Assembly: GCF_006345805.1 (NCBI RefSeq) | Contig: NC_043000.1 | Coordinates: 63,178,001-63,242,000 of the forward strand | Direction of reading: 5' to 3' | DNA: 64,000 nt | DNA from: Octopus sinensis | Lineage: Eukaryota | Part shown: positions 52,985 to 64,000 of the stretch, piece by piece | Layout of the letters: each line of letters starts with the position of its first letter | Position numbering within the stretch: position 1 is the stretch's first letter | Notes under the pieces: model-generated | Database searches by the model: none | Told to the model about the DNA's origin: nothing | Seen by the model: the letters and a program-made list of their open reading frames with translations, nothing else | Position numbers and translations under genes: made by a program

Positions 52985-53640
52985 CAGTAGTGCCATTTAA
53001 TTTAAGAACACTAGTATGCTAATGTTAAAATGGTATTTTTATATATTCAAATAGTAAATTGTGAATTAAGATGTATATCAAAATAAAGAAAATTTCACAA
53101 GCCTTAATATGGTATAAAACTTTACAGCGTAACATCAACATATTAATTTTAAATTAAAAATAAATCTTAATTATCGTAATTTATAGCACCATTTAATTTT
53201 AAAACGATTTGTAAAATTTCATTTATTGGCTTTAAAAAGTTTATTCTGAGATCAACAAACAACAATAATAAGCTCACACAATCAATATTTGGTTGGGTAT
53301 CCAAAATTACTTAATGCAGCTTTGCATCTGCAAAACAGAATTGTTCAGATCATTTCTCACTGTAACTGAGATATTTTCCCAATTTTGGCTAATAATGCTT
53401 AAAAAATCATCCTTATTTTTTGGCTTACTACTTTGCACAGCTCTACTGAACTTTTCCAAAAGATTTTCGATGGGATTTATGTCAGGTGACTGCACCAACC
53501 ACTGCATCAACTGAACTCTCTTAGACCTCATGTAATCTCTGACTAGGTGCAAGGTGTGTTTCAGGCCATTGACATGCTGGAAAAATCCAAGATTGGCCCA
53601 AATGCTTTCAGATGTATAGAAGCATAGCCCTATCCAATAT
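52985..53640 (-). mobile_element. 3' part of a Tc1 (DD34E-type) transposon
   Basis: WIF/QHVNGLKHT, WLVQSPDINPIENL, KPKNKDD...WENI. Terminus ta|cagtagtgcc. Cut off by an RTE fragment near 53645. Confidence 0.85.
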
Positions 53641-53647
53641 TTTTAGA

Positions 53648-54200
53648 TGGGAAGAGGGATGAGGTGGTGAAGCACAACCTTCAAACATTCAGCCTTACCG
53701 AGGCAATGACTAGTGACCAAGACCTTTGGAGATATGAAGTGCGAGGAGACTCGACAAGCTAAGTGAGACCATAGCCCGTGGCCTATGCCAGTGGGTGTAA
53801 CCAACCCACTTATGAATACCCCTCATTCATTGGACAATAAACTTTGCTTGCAAAGACCTATTGAGGCAAGTGAAATCAAAATTTCAAATGTGGCCAATGA
53901 CAGTACCTAATTGGCAATCATGCCAGTGGAACAATAAAAGCACATCCGAACGTGGGGTGTAACCAGCCCATTTACGAGTACCCCACATTTATTGGACAAT
54001 AGACTTTGCTTGCGAAGACCTACTGAGGCAAGTGAAATCAAATCAAAATCACTGATGTGACTGATGACAGTACTGCCTGATTGGCACACAAGCCAGTGGA
54101 ATGTTAAAAGCACATCCGAGCATCATCATTGCTAGGGCCATGGATTGGCTCCGGTGCTGATGGCACATAAAAAGCACCATTTGAGCATGATCATTGCCGG
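53648..54200 (+). mobile_element. RTE LINE 3' fragment with a duplicated 3'UTR block
   Basis: gggatgaggtggtgaagcac...cattggacaataaactttgcttgc is homologous to 26799-27020; the block repeats at ~53955-54050. Confidence 0.88.
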
Positions 54201-54359
54201 TGTCACCTTACCAGCACAGGTGCCGGTGGCATGTGAAAAATAGCATTCGTACTGCATTACCTCTGGATATCCTTGTTGCTTATTTTGATTATATAAATAT
54301 ATATCATCATCATCATCATTGTCATTTAATGTCTGCTTTCCATGCTGGCATGGGTTGGA

Positions 54360-54430
54360 CAGTGTGAGATCCAGTGAATGCGAAGGGTATTCTACTGAAC
54401 CACTTTGTGCAATCCACCTGTTTGGCAAAA
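54360..54430 (-). mobile_element. Small transposase fragment related to the 38562-40018 element
   Basis: NRWIAQSGSVEYPSHSLDLT resembles RWIGRGG...WPPRSPDLT. Confidence 0.55.
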
Positions 54431-57400
54431 TCTCCCTTATGTGATACTCCCTAATGAGTCAGAGGACATATAGTTCAATAAAAGAAACTTGTCAAGATGC
54501 ATAAATCATGTAAAAATATCTGATCTGGCATTTAGAAGCACAGTGCAGCTCTTTTCTTTAATATGGATGTGTGTTCTTTCAGCTATAGATAGCCTGCCAT
54601 TTTTTGACCCTATAATATATGACCTTAATGTAGGCTATCCTTATACTTATATCAAAGACTATTATTAAGCTTGTACTTGAAATATCTAACTGATTATTAC
54701 ATAAAAATTATAATGGAAGGTTTCTATTTAATCTCAGTACTTTAAAATATGAGATTTCTTTATCATGATATCAGAACCAGTCACAGGCAGTTGCAAATGA
54801 AAAAGGTTAATAATCTATTCTGCTTATCAAATTACTTTTTCATTTTTCTTTTTTTCTTTTTTTGTAGGAACTGCCTAGATGTCAAAATAGGAGCCTGACA
54901 ATTCAGTTTTACAAAATGAACAATTATAACATTAACAATCTCAATAAAATAGTCAGATTTGTTAAGCTTAATTAATAGAATACAGAAAACAAAAGAACTG
55001 AAGTTGTTTTACAAATGATTTTTAAAGAATGAACAGATACATAGCAATATTGATGATTTATTTTTGTCCAAAAGAATGCTTTAAAATTATTTATATTATT
55101 GACATTATTCCAACATATATTCAGAAATATGAAATGTACACACATTTTACATATCCAGTTTATCAGAGACAACTGATGTATACAGACCCTCAACTTTCTT
55201 TCTCCCCAAGTCTCAACTCCAACTTACAGCAAGACATGCTTTCCTACATCACATTGCAGTACTCTTTTGTTCTGGAGAACTTTGGTGAAAACGATATTGT
55301 TGCTCAACATCAAGAAAACCTTGGACTATTTTTGAATGCTTACCCACTTATTTTGTATGCTTAACCACTATTTATTAATGCTTATCCAGTTATGTCTTCC
55401 ACTTATCCATCCTCTTGTCAAACTACTCCATCACTGTGTGTGTCTCTGAACCTCTTGCCAAGCCATATTTCATTTATTCCAATGTATGCTTATGTAACAT
55501 GTTCATCACTACACAAAATACATTTCCACGATTACTTCTAACCAAAGCAAAAAATCATTCCACACACAACTTAGACATCTCCTACTCAATACACACCACT
55601 TTATCTGCAGAGATCTAGGAAACATCATCTAATGGGAATAAGTCGAGCTCCATATTCATAACTGACAGTCAGTAAAAAAAAATTTAAAAACCTTTGCATT
55701 GTTTTCTTTTTTCAAATAAACCTCACTATTTTCTATGACTTCTCATCAAAATAATAACAAAAATGATTAAATTTGCATTCTGAAAGCTAGAATTCCTCTT
55801 TGAGCAGGGAAAATATTTCAATTTTGGACAATCTTTATAAAGCTCAAGTGTAATCTACATTAGAATACAGTAAAAGATCCTATACACAATTATTTTGGAC
55901 TATGTTTCTGAAATGATCTTTACCAACTAGCACTCTCATTGTATTGTTGTCTGTCTTTTCTGTTACTATAGCAATTTCTATTCCTTTGAACCAGCAAGCT
56001 CTGTGCTACCCACTGCCCAAATCCATTTGATGTACCAGTCTCTCTGCCTATCATCCTCATCATGTTCACAGCAACTATCCCACTACTACTATTATTTATA
56101 TTTCTCCAATCCTTCCTCCATAGAAATACAACCCTTTAAATATGTCCTCCTTGTCCATACTTGCCTAAAAGTTATCAATTATATCAGAAGATTAATTTGA
56201 ATACAAACTTTACCAGAATTAGAACTCCTAGAAAAGCCATGTGCTCTGCTCTCTTCTTTGAGCCAAATAACAAACAGAAAATCATTGAAATGTACAATGA
56301 TTTTCAGAATCCACTAGATTTCTAGTATAAAATTTTTTTATAATCTAGGAACATTATCAGAATTTTCATATTTCTTTAGAGACATTTTGGGATTATTGAT
56401 TCTAATTATAACGTACTTTTTTTCACCAAGGGAATTTGAGGTAATTTCCTTGAAAAATTAGAAACCAATATTGCATATAAAAACAAAATAATCTGAGCAA
56501 TATTTCTATTAATCCAATAAAGAATTACTTTCACAATCTGAACATAACTGTTACTATATATAACTCAATTATTTCAAAATGTTCTTCAAATAAAAAATGC
56601 TCAAAATACAATAAAAAGATAAATATCTTGAAAATTTAAAGAATTTAAAGAGAAGGGTTTTATTCAACAGCTGAAGTTTAATAGGTACTAAGAACAAAGA
56701 TTTTCTAAATTCTTTCATATAATTATCAATTATTGCAATTATGAATTAGAAGTAATTAGATTAGCAAAATGTTTTACTTTTTCCTCTACTCAGTAAGCTC
56801 AGCCTTGGTATCATATTGGCAATTATTTTACTGACCACAGACCAATAAACAGGGAAACCAATGATAATGTAAAATTTAACAGAATCTAACTCCAACATGA
56901 AGAAACCACTATATTAAATTACTAAATGAAACTAGATCAATCTTCTACCACATGCACCAAGTCACTTAAACCAATAACAAATTGATAATGGCATCTTTTA
57001 GAAGAATTGATGTTTTATAAGTAATAATTATAGCAATATGATTTGACAAATAATCAATGAATAATGCAATCAATTAATTAGAATAACTAATTTTCCATAA
57101 ATTAGATTACCATTGCTGAACTCTGGTAATTGTTCATACACTAAATAGGAAACTATACAAGAGAGATTTCCCTTATTTTGTTTTATGCTTTCATTTATTC
57201 AACTGCTGCTTGCTGGAATATATTTCAAAACCCAGTAAAAAATTGCCACACAACTACAAATGAAGAGCCATTCAAATAGTAGATCCTAATGAATTTATTA
57301 TGAGCAATTATTGCACACTTTGAGTGAGATTGCTTTTCAAACAGACAAAAGGTTTCTTGTATACTGTTTCATAAATTAAAATTTATACAGTTGAAGCTCA

Positions 57401-59072
57401 AAATGTATCCATATCCAATAACTATAATCAACAATATTAAAAGATTGCCTTTGCAATAATTTTACAATTCAAGGCAAGTATGAATTCAGTGAATTTGTAG
57501 CTCTGTTTAATTCACCAATGTTTAACACAGAAACTCTAGTAGCTAATAATATCAAACCAAAATATTTCAGAAACATTAAAAAATACAAATATTATTACTA
57601 ACAGCAGTTAGAGGAGGCAATATTAATGAATTAGTTTGTTCAATAGAGAATATCCACCAAATCTCATCAAGAAGAAGTATTGCAGCTGCTTGTTAACTAA
57701 ATATTGTTAAACTGATAGAACTAAGGTATCAAATCTGCAAAAATGGTATTTTCTGACATTTGATGAGTAGAAGTAAGCTCCCAGTGAAGATCTGTGGTTT
57801 AGGCATTATTGTTTAGCCTAAGGCCAGTATTAATTAACAACAAAGGAATTCTAGCCATGACAATCCCATTTTTCCCATAAATAGTATAACCACATCTACA
57901 TTGTTAAGTATATCCTTCCAATGTTTTAAGATGATCTGATGGCACTGTGCTTGCAATCTCTAGAAAGTTGAGTGAGCATTTATAGACTCACTTGCCAGCT
58001 TTTTTGGCTTGATTTTATTTCCTGATAGAAGCCATTTCACTGCACTTACCTACATAATATTCTCAGAAAACATCGTAATTTATGGCATCAACATTGTAGT
58101 TTATTTTCCTCTCCCTTATAAATTAAAAATGTTTCCATCCTTTACATCACCCATGTAAAAAATAAATATAACAACTCTAATAAATCCTTAAAATCAACCA
58201 TATTATAGATGTAATTTGATATGAAATTGCATTCACTAAACTATTTAATATCACAAGTTACAGACACATCCAAACAAGCCAGATTTAAAGAAAGCAAAAG
58301 ATCATGAAATGTATTGTAAAAATAAATAAATAACCTTTTTCTCTTCAAAGAAGTAACTAACATACAAACTAATTTCATATAAACAACAGAATAAAAACAT
58401 TAAAAAACACTTTCACAAATAGTAACAAAGATAATAATTTCTTGTGGCTATCCAAATTGATATGAATAGTTAACAGATAAAGTTTTCATTAGAGTTATCA
58501 ATATAATGAGAAATAAACATCCAGTCAATTGATTAACTAAAGTCATTCCCCAATTGGGACACCATATGCCTATGTTAGAAATCAATATGATAAGAAAAAG
58601 AACAACCCACTGGCAGAAACAGTTGAGCACTGAAATAAATACCTTGTAGTATTTACTTTCTTCCTTTAAGTTATGAGTTAAAATCCCGCCAGAGATCATC
58701 TCTAGTTTTCATTTCTCTACAGTTAATAAATCAAGTACCATTAATACACTATAGAGTCAATTCAATCGACTACACTCTCTTTCTCCCCCTACAAATACTG
58801 AATATGTACCTAATTAGAAATCAATATTAATAAAAGAGCAATGACTATGGCTGAAACAATAAAATTCTAGATTGTCTTTCAACGCTCTGGAGCCATTAAG
58901 TACCATTAATATATTGCAGTTCATTCATGCAATGAAACTGAAAAAGAATAAAACCTGGTTTGTACCTAGTAAGAAGATTTTAATAGTATATAGTTATAAA
59001 AATACATACAGTAAGTACATAAACTTGTGTCACACAAAATTAATTAGTCGTGTGACCATCAATAGTATTTAA

Positions 59073-59292
59073 CCCTTTCGTTACCAACCCGGCTGAAATT
59101 GGCTCTGGCTCTGAGTACAAATATCTTGTTTTCATAAGTTTTGAATTAAAATCTTCCACCAAACCTAAGTCACAATTTATGTTCCTAACACTAGCTTCAT
59201 GATAACTAAGTTATTTTACTAAATTCTTTGTTATATTTAAAGTAAGTGAAAGAAATGCAGAGCATCTCAAAATAAATACAGTAACGAAAGGG
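59073..59292. mobile_element. 220-bp piggyBac-like MITE
   Basis: TTAA|ccctttcgttac ... gtaacgaaaggg|TTAA; perfect TIR and TTAA TSD. Confidence 0.9.
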
Positions 59293-59852
59293 TTAAATAA
59301 CACCTGAATATCTTTTAACATACAGGTTTTATATTATCGATTAATTTATTAACTTACATTCAAATTATATAATACAGAGGTGTTGTTTATTAATTAATAA
59401 ATTTTCAAATGCAACGGAAGAGTACCTAAAGGGTTGTTTTATTTAAAATGTCAACATTTTTAGCTAGGTAATTATATTCTGCAATAAACTGCATCTGGAA
59501 AGTAGATAGCTGCTCACCACAGAAACAACTTATGATAGACAAACATCCTGTCCAATAGAAGATTTGTCTCTAATATTATTAATATTTTTTTTTTAAATAG
59601 ATTCAGAAAAAAAAAAAAACTACTCTATTTAAACATTTGAAATTTTGAATTTTAAACAGTCATGGATATCATCTTGTGATAAATACTATATCTTGAAAAT
59701 TACATTCCGGGGAGAGAACAGACATAGGCAACCTTTTCCAAGAAGCAGGCCACATGAGACATGGCTCATCATCAGGTGGACCATATTACTGAAAAATGCA
59801 ATTTTTCATTAGGTATGATATTCAGAGAGTCCAATGGGCCATAGTTATACCG

Positions 59853-60015
59853 TGACAAAAATTCCACCGAGGTTGACTTTGCCTTTCATCCTTTCGGGGT
59901 CGATAAATTAAGTACCAGTTACACACTGGAGTCGATGTAATCGACTTAATACCTATGTCTGTCCTTGTTTGTTCCCTCTATGTTTAGCCCCTTGTGGGTA
60001 ATAAAGAAATAGGTA
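59853..60015 (+). mobile_element. Young SINE family C, 5'-truncated; further fragments at ~200-300, 47380-47490, 49400-49560 and 58680-58830
   Basis: aattccaccgaggttgactttgcctttcatcctttcggggtcgataaattaagtaccag. Confidence 0.88.
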
Positions 60016-61669
60016 CAATGTGGAGTAGTTGATAGAAATTGAAGTTCAAAGGTATGTTGAGTGAGTGGTCCAAATAACACTTGTCAGATTTAAGATTCTA
60101 AATTCTGTTATAGTGGTAATAGAGTTTATCAAATTTTGTGACCAAGTCTCCAATATTTCTATATATAATCTCCCCTGGATTAAAGGCAAGAATCTGTAGC
60201 ATAAGATTGTTTCACTCTTCACAACATATTAACACACTAAATTTCCAACAAATTCTCATATGGATTAATTTTTGTTGACACAGGACATAACCATTTCTTC
60301 TGCTTCTGGATTTTAGTGTATATTTAGTTGACTAAATCTTCTTAAAAAGCTAAATGGGTTCTAGTTTCACTATGAAACAATGTTCTCAAGTTGTGTATGT
60401 AGGGCAACATTAAAGAAACTGTTCCAATCAGACAATTAATACTTTCATAAAACAACAGCAAAAGTGCAATCTTAAAAGGCAAAAATGATAAAAAAAAAAA
60501 ATAAATGATAATGAAAAGGGATTAAAAGGGTGTGATAAACAATAAGAATTAAATGGAGAAGTTAACATCCTACAATCTGTTTAGTTGAAAAGCTGAGCAG
60601 TAAACAAATATGATGAAGACCTGTTATATAATATAAGGGTAAATGAATTCAATAAATTAAACATTAACTAATAAAAAAAAGATTATATATATATATATAT
60701 ATATGAAACTGAGAAGAAATGGGAAGAGGAAGCAGTTAAATAAAAGAAAAATTGTCACAATGTTGAATTGTTAAAAGTGAGATTAAAAGTCTTACTGCTG
60801 AAGGGAATTCAATCGTCAACCTGCTTCAAGTAAGATGGCTTAAAAACAAGAAGACACCAAATAGCAACACCTGCCTATATCCCCGTGCTAATTATGCATA
60901 CTTAATATACGCCTACAAAATATTGTTTCTTTAAATACTTGCATCCAACAAAATAAACCAACAAGGAGAAGTGAGGGTGTGTTATTCAGAATTGACTGAC
61001 AGATTCACTACTTACATTTAGATAAGTTGTTAAACAAATCAGAAATATTACACACTACTCAGGACACATTTTTGAAAAACCAGCAACCCAAAAATTGGTT
61101 GCCCAACAGAACTAGGTACTTATCTTTGATATTCTCAATAGCATTTATCTGCCTGCTAAGCAACTAAATAGGCAACTTGTCAAAAGTAATAGATTTTAAT
61201 GTCAGACACATTAAAAGGTTACAAATGATTTTGAAAAGGTTGTTTGATTATGGTGTATTCACTGTAACAAAACAAAAAAAGAAAGAAAATTATCATTTCT
61301 TCCCAATTTTTGTGAAAGTATACAATAACTTTATTCCTTTATACATTCTGTTAATTGTTATTCAATAAAATGTAATTAGTTGTACATAATGAAAATCATC
61401 CATATAATATTTTCTCATATGAAAAAAATCATTAGTTTCGCGAATTCTGGAAATTATGATCAATTAATTATCATATGTGAGAGTCAATAAAAAGTAGCCT
61501 GTCGTTTTAATATTTGGGGTAGGGGTGGGGGATTTTTACATTGGTATCAGGTGATGAGTCTACAACATAGAAACTTTCAGAATGTGTTTATCTTGTATCA
61601 TCAACATATGAAACTGAATTTTCAGGATGTTGAACAAATTAAATTTGTCTCTCAGTGAATCAGTGTGAA

Positions 61670-62000
61670 GGTACATGGCTCAGTGGTTACAGTGTTGGGC
61701 TCACAATCATATGAGGTAGTGAGTTCGATTCCTGGACCAGGCTGTGCGTTGTGTTCTTGAGCAAGACACTGTATTTTACATTACTCCAGTTCACTCAGCT
61801 GCAAAAATGAGTTGCTGGTGCCAAGCCATATCAGCCTTTGCATTTCTCTAGGATAACATTGGTGACATAGAGAAGGGAGGCTGGTATGCATGGGCAAGTG
61901 TTGGTCTTCCATAAACAACCTTACCTGGACTTGTGCCTTGAAAGGTACCTTTCTAGGTGTAATCCCAAGGTCATTTGACCAAAGGGGTTCTTTACCCTGT
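61670..62000 (+). mobile_element. SINE family B, full length
   Basis: ggtacatggctcagtggtt (A-box-like), gagttcgattcc (B-box GTTCGANNC), then the core. Confidence 0.9.
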
Positions 62001-64000
62001 GAATCATCCAGAGATTCTATCACAAGGTTTGTGACCCATTACTTTCACTGACTGAAACACCACCAAGTTCTTAGTTATTCATTTCTCTGTTTGTTCAAAT
62101 TTGGTAAACCCTGAAAAGTTCAGAATAAGATCAAATATGGGGTGGTCTTTCATAATTGTTAAAGTATTTAAAATTTTATTAGTTACTGACTGATATCATA
62201 TTTTTGCTTCAGTGCATAATTATTTCTAATAAACTTTTTAATGCTCCCAGCACTAAATATGTTAGCACTGTCATAATTAATATCAAGATTCGTAGATGTG
62301 ACCATCTCCAATTGCTTTGACACATTTCAACTTCTTTTGTAGTTCAGCAAAATAAGAAAGCTACCATAAAAATCCAATCTGGAGCTTTTCAAAGTATAGG
62401 ATTAAGAGAAAGATGTTGAGGATAGCATCTTAACGAATAAAAGTCTATATTTTAAACTTCATGCCTAGCACAATCCTGACTCTCATACAATACTTGTTCA
62501 ACTCCCAAATGTAACTAACTCATAGTCAATTAAATTCAATAACTTCAAAAGTTTTTCCAGACACATACATGCAAATAGTTGTTTGTTGTTTGTTAAAGTA
62601 TTCTTCAGTTGTTACCTTTAACATAAGATGTGGTTCCACATATTTCTACAAATCCAAACTGCAAGCTTCATTAGAACCCTTTCCATCAACGATAGTTCAA
62701 TTAGTTTAAATCTGCAATATTTTACTCTTTAATACATCACTTACTAATGTATTAATTACAATGGTACTGTGCTGCATATCATCAGAAATAACACTTTGCA
62801 ATATAATCTGATTAACTTAAGTATGTAACACATAAAATGCTAGTATATCTTCTCTTTCTTTCAGTATCTTACTAATTAACCATAGTATCCTTGCATTTCA
62901 CCCTGTCTCCAGAACCAAACTTGATTTCATGTTTGTTATATCAGTTCTTTATTCTTTTAGAACTGATGTATTCAAAAACCTCTTACAGAAATACTTCTAA
63001 GCCATTTTTGTTTCATTATCAGTAATGGCAAATGCATCCATATCACTTGGAACACTTTATCTCTGAATTGTTATTTGTTCTGATACACTATCCTGTAATT
63101 CAAAATATTTCATACTTCTTTTGAAAGCAGGAGATATTGGCAGCCTCCTAGCTGCTGTGTATCCTTGCTGCCATGAAGATAACCTGACATCTAGCTTTCT
63201 ATTTCATTGGTTTGTAGTTCAACCATAAGTGAAACCCTGATCCAACAAAGAATATTGCAATTCCATCTTATTTTCAGAGAGTACATCTAGCACTGTATTA
63301 TTTAATATATCCTTCCTTTTTTAAAGAGGGTAAGGTATGATATGAAGGAAATTTGACAGCTATTTCTAGAAGGTCAATAAACAGCACAGCAGCTCTCTCT
63401 CTTGGCTCATTCACTTAATTTCTAGGTATAGTTCACTGATACCCACCCCACTCAAAGCTTTTATTTCTCATTCTCTAAAGCAGCATTTTACCTTAAACAA
63501 TAAATGATGAAATGCTAATCACAAAACCAGAAAATAAACTGTTTTGATAATTTCTTGAATCATTTGGTTTATATGCAACAATTGATTGAAGAATGTTTTA
63601 GAAAGTTACATTCTTTGACAATAACTTCTAAAGTAAAAATAATGAAAAATATATCTATTAGTATGCTTGTATTAATGTATTGTTAAACATGTTTGTACTC
63701 AAGATACTTGAGAGACGATCTGAAATACATGATTCCATATTGTTGTCTACATTCTATAAACCATGCTGATATATATATAAAAAATAAATTTCTAAACAAT
63801 GTAATTTAAATAAGATATTTTCTCTTATCTTCATGACCTTTTCATATAAATTCTCTTAAGAAGGGAACGTCACAAAAAACAAAAAAAAAGGTAGATAAAC
63901 AAAAACCTTTCCTTTCTTCTTTCCTTTAATAGATAATTACAATGTATTGATATATAAGTTGATACATGTCAGTGTGTGCGTGTGTGTGTGTGTGTGTGTG

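Noticed and set aside
54868-54975. Plus-strand acceptor followed by ELPRCQNRSLTIQ...
   Set aside because: No convincing donor or homology, and T-rich tracts are frequent by chance here.
62270-63150. Possibly decayed transposase-like frame on the minus strand
   Set aside because: Stop density is close to random for AT-rich DNA and no diagnostic motif was confirmed.

Overview
AT-rich, repeat-dense animal DNA. The SINE, RTE-LINE and (TA)n/(CA)n content looks like Octopus (inference). The window holds the 5' end of a minus-strand SLC4 Na+-coupled bicarbonate transporter gene: a first coding exon at 48810-48664 (ATG 48763) and the conserved His/Arg-rich VYIGLRVP exon at 47117-47001. I did not find the next conserved SLC4 exons, so most of 1-47000 is probably a very large intron. 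That intron carries a recent ~505 bp direct duplication (40107-40611 and 46270-46780). Each copy has an 86-bp inverted repeat whose loop contains a 19-nt AG...GT microexon candidate that continues the SLC4 frame as P-S-P-P-A-M. The intron also has a possible plus-strand spliced ORF (19578-23204) broken by one in-frame TAG, several long hairpins, decayed Tc1/mariner elements, pogo- and piggyBac-like MITEs, RTE LINE fragments, at least four short-retroposon families and many microsatellites. Most ORF-track entries are microsatellite or repeat artefacts. Repeat boundaries are approximate unless TIR or TSD positions are stated.
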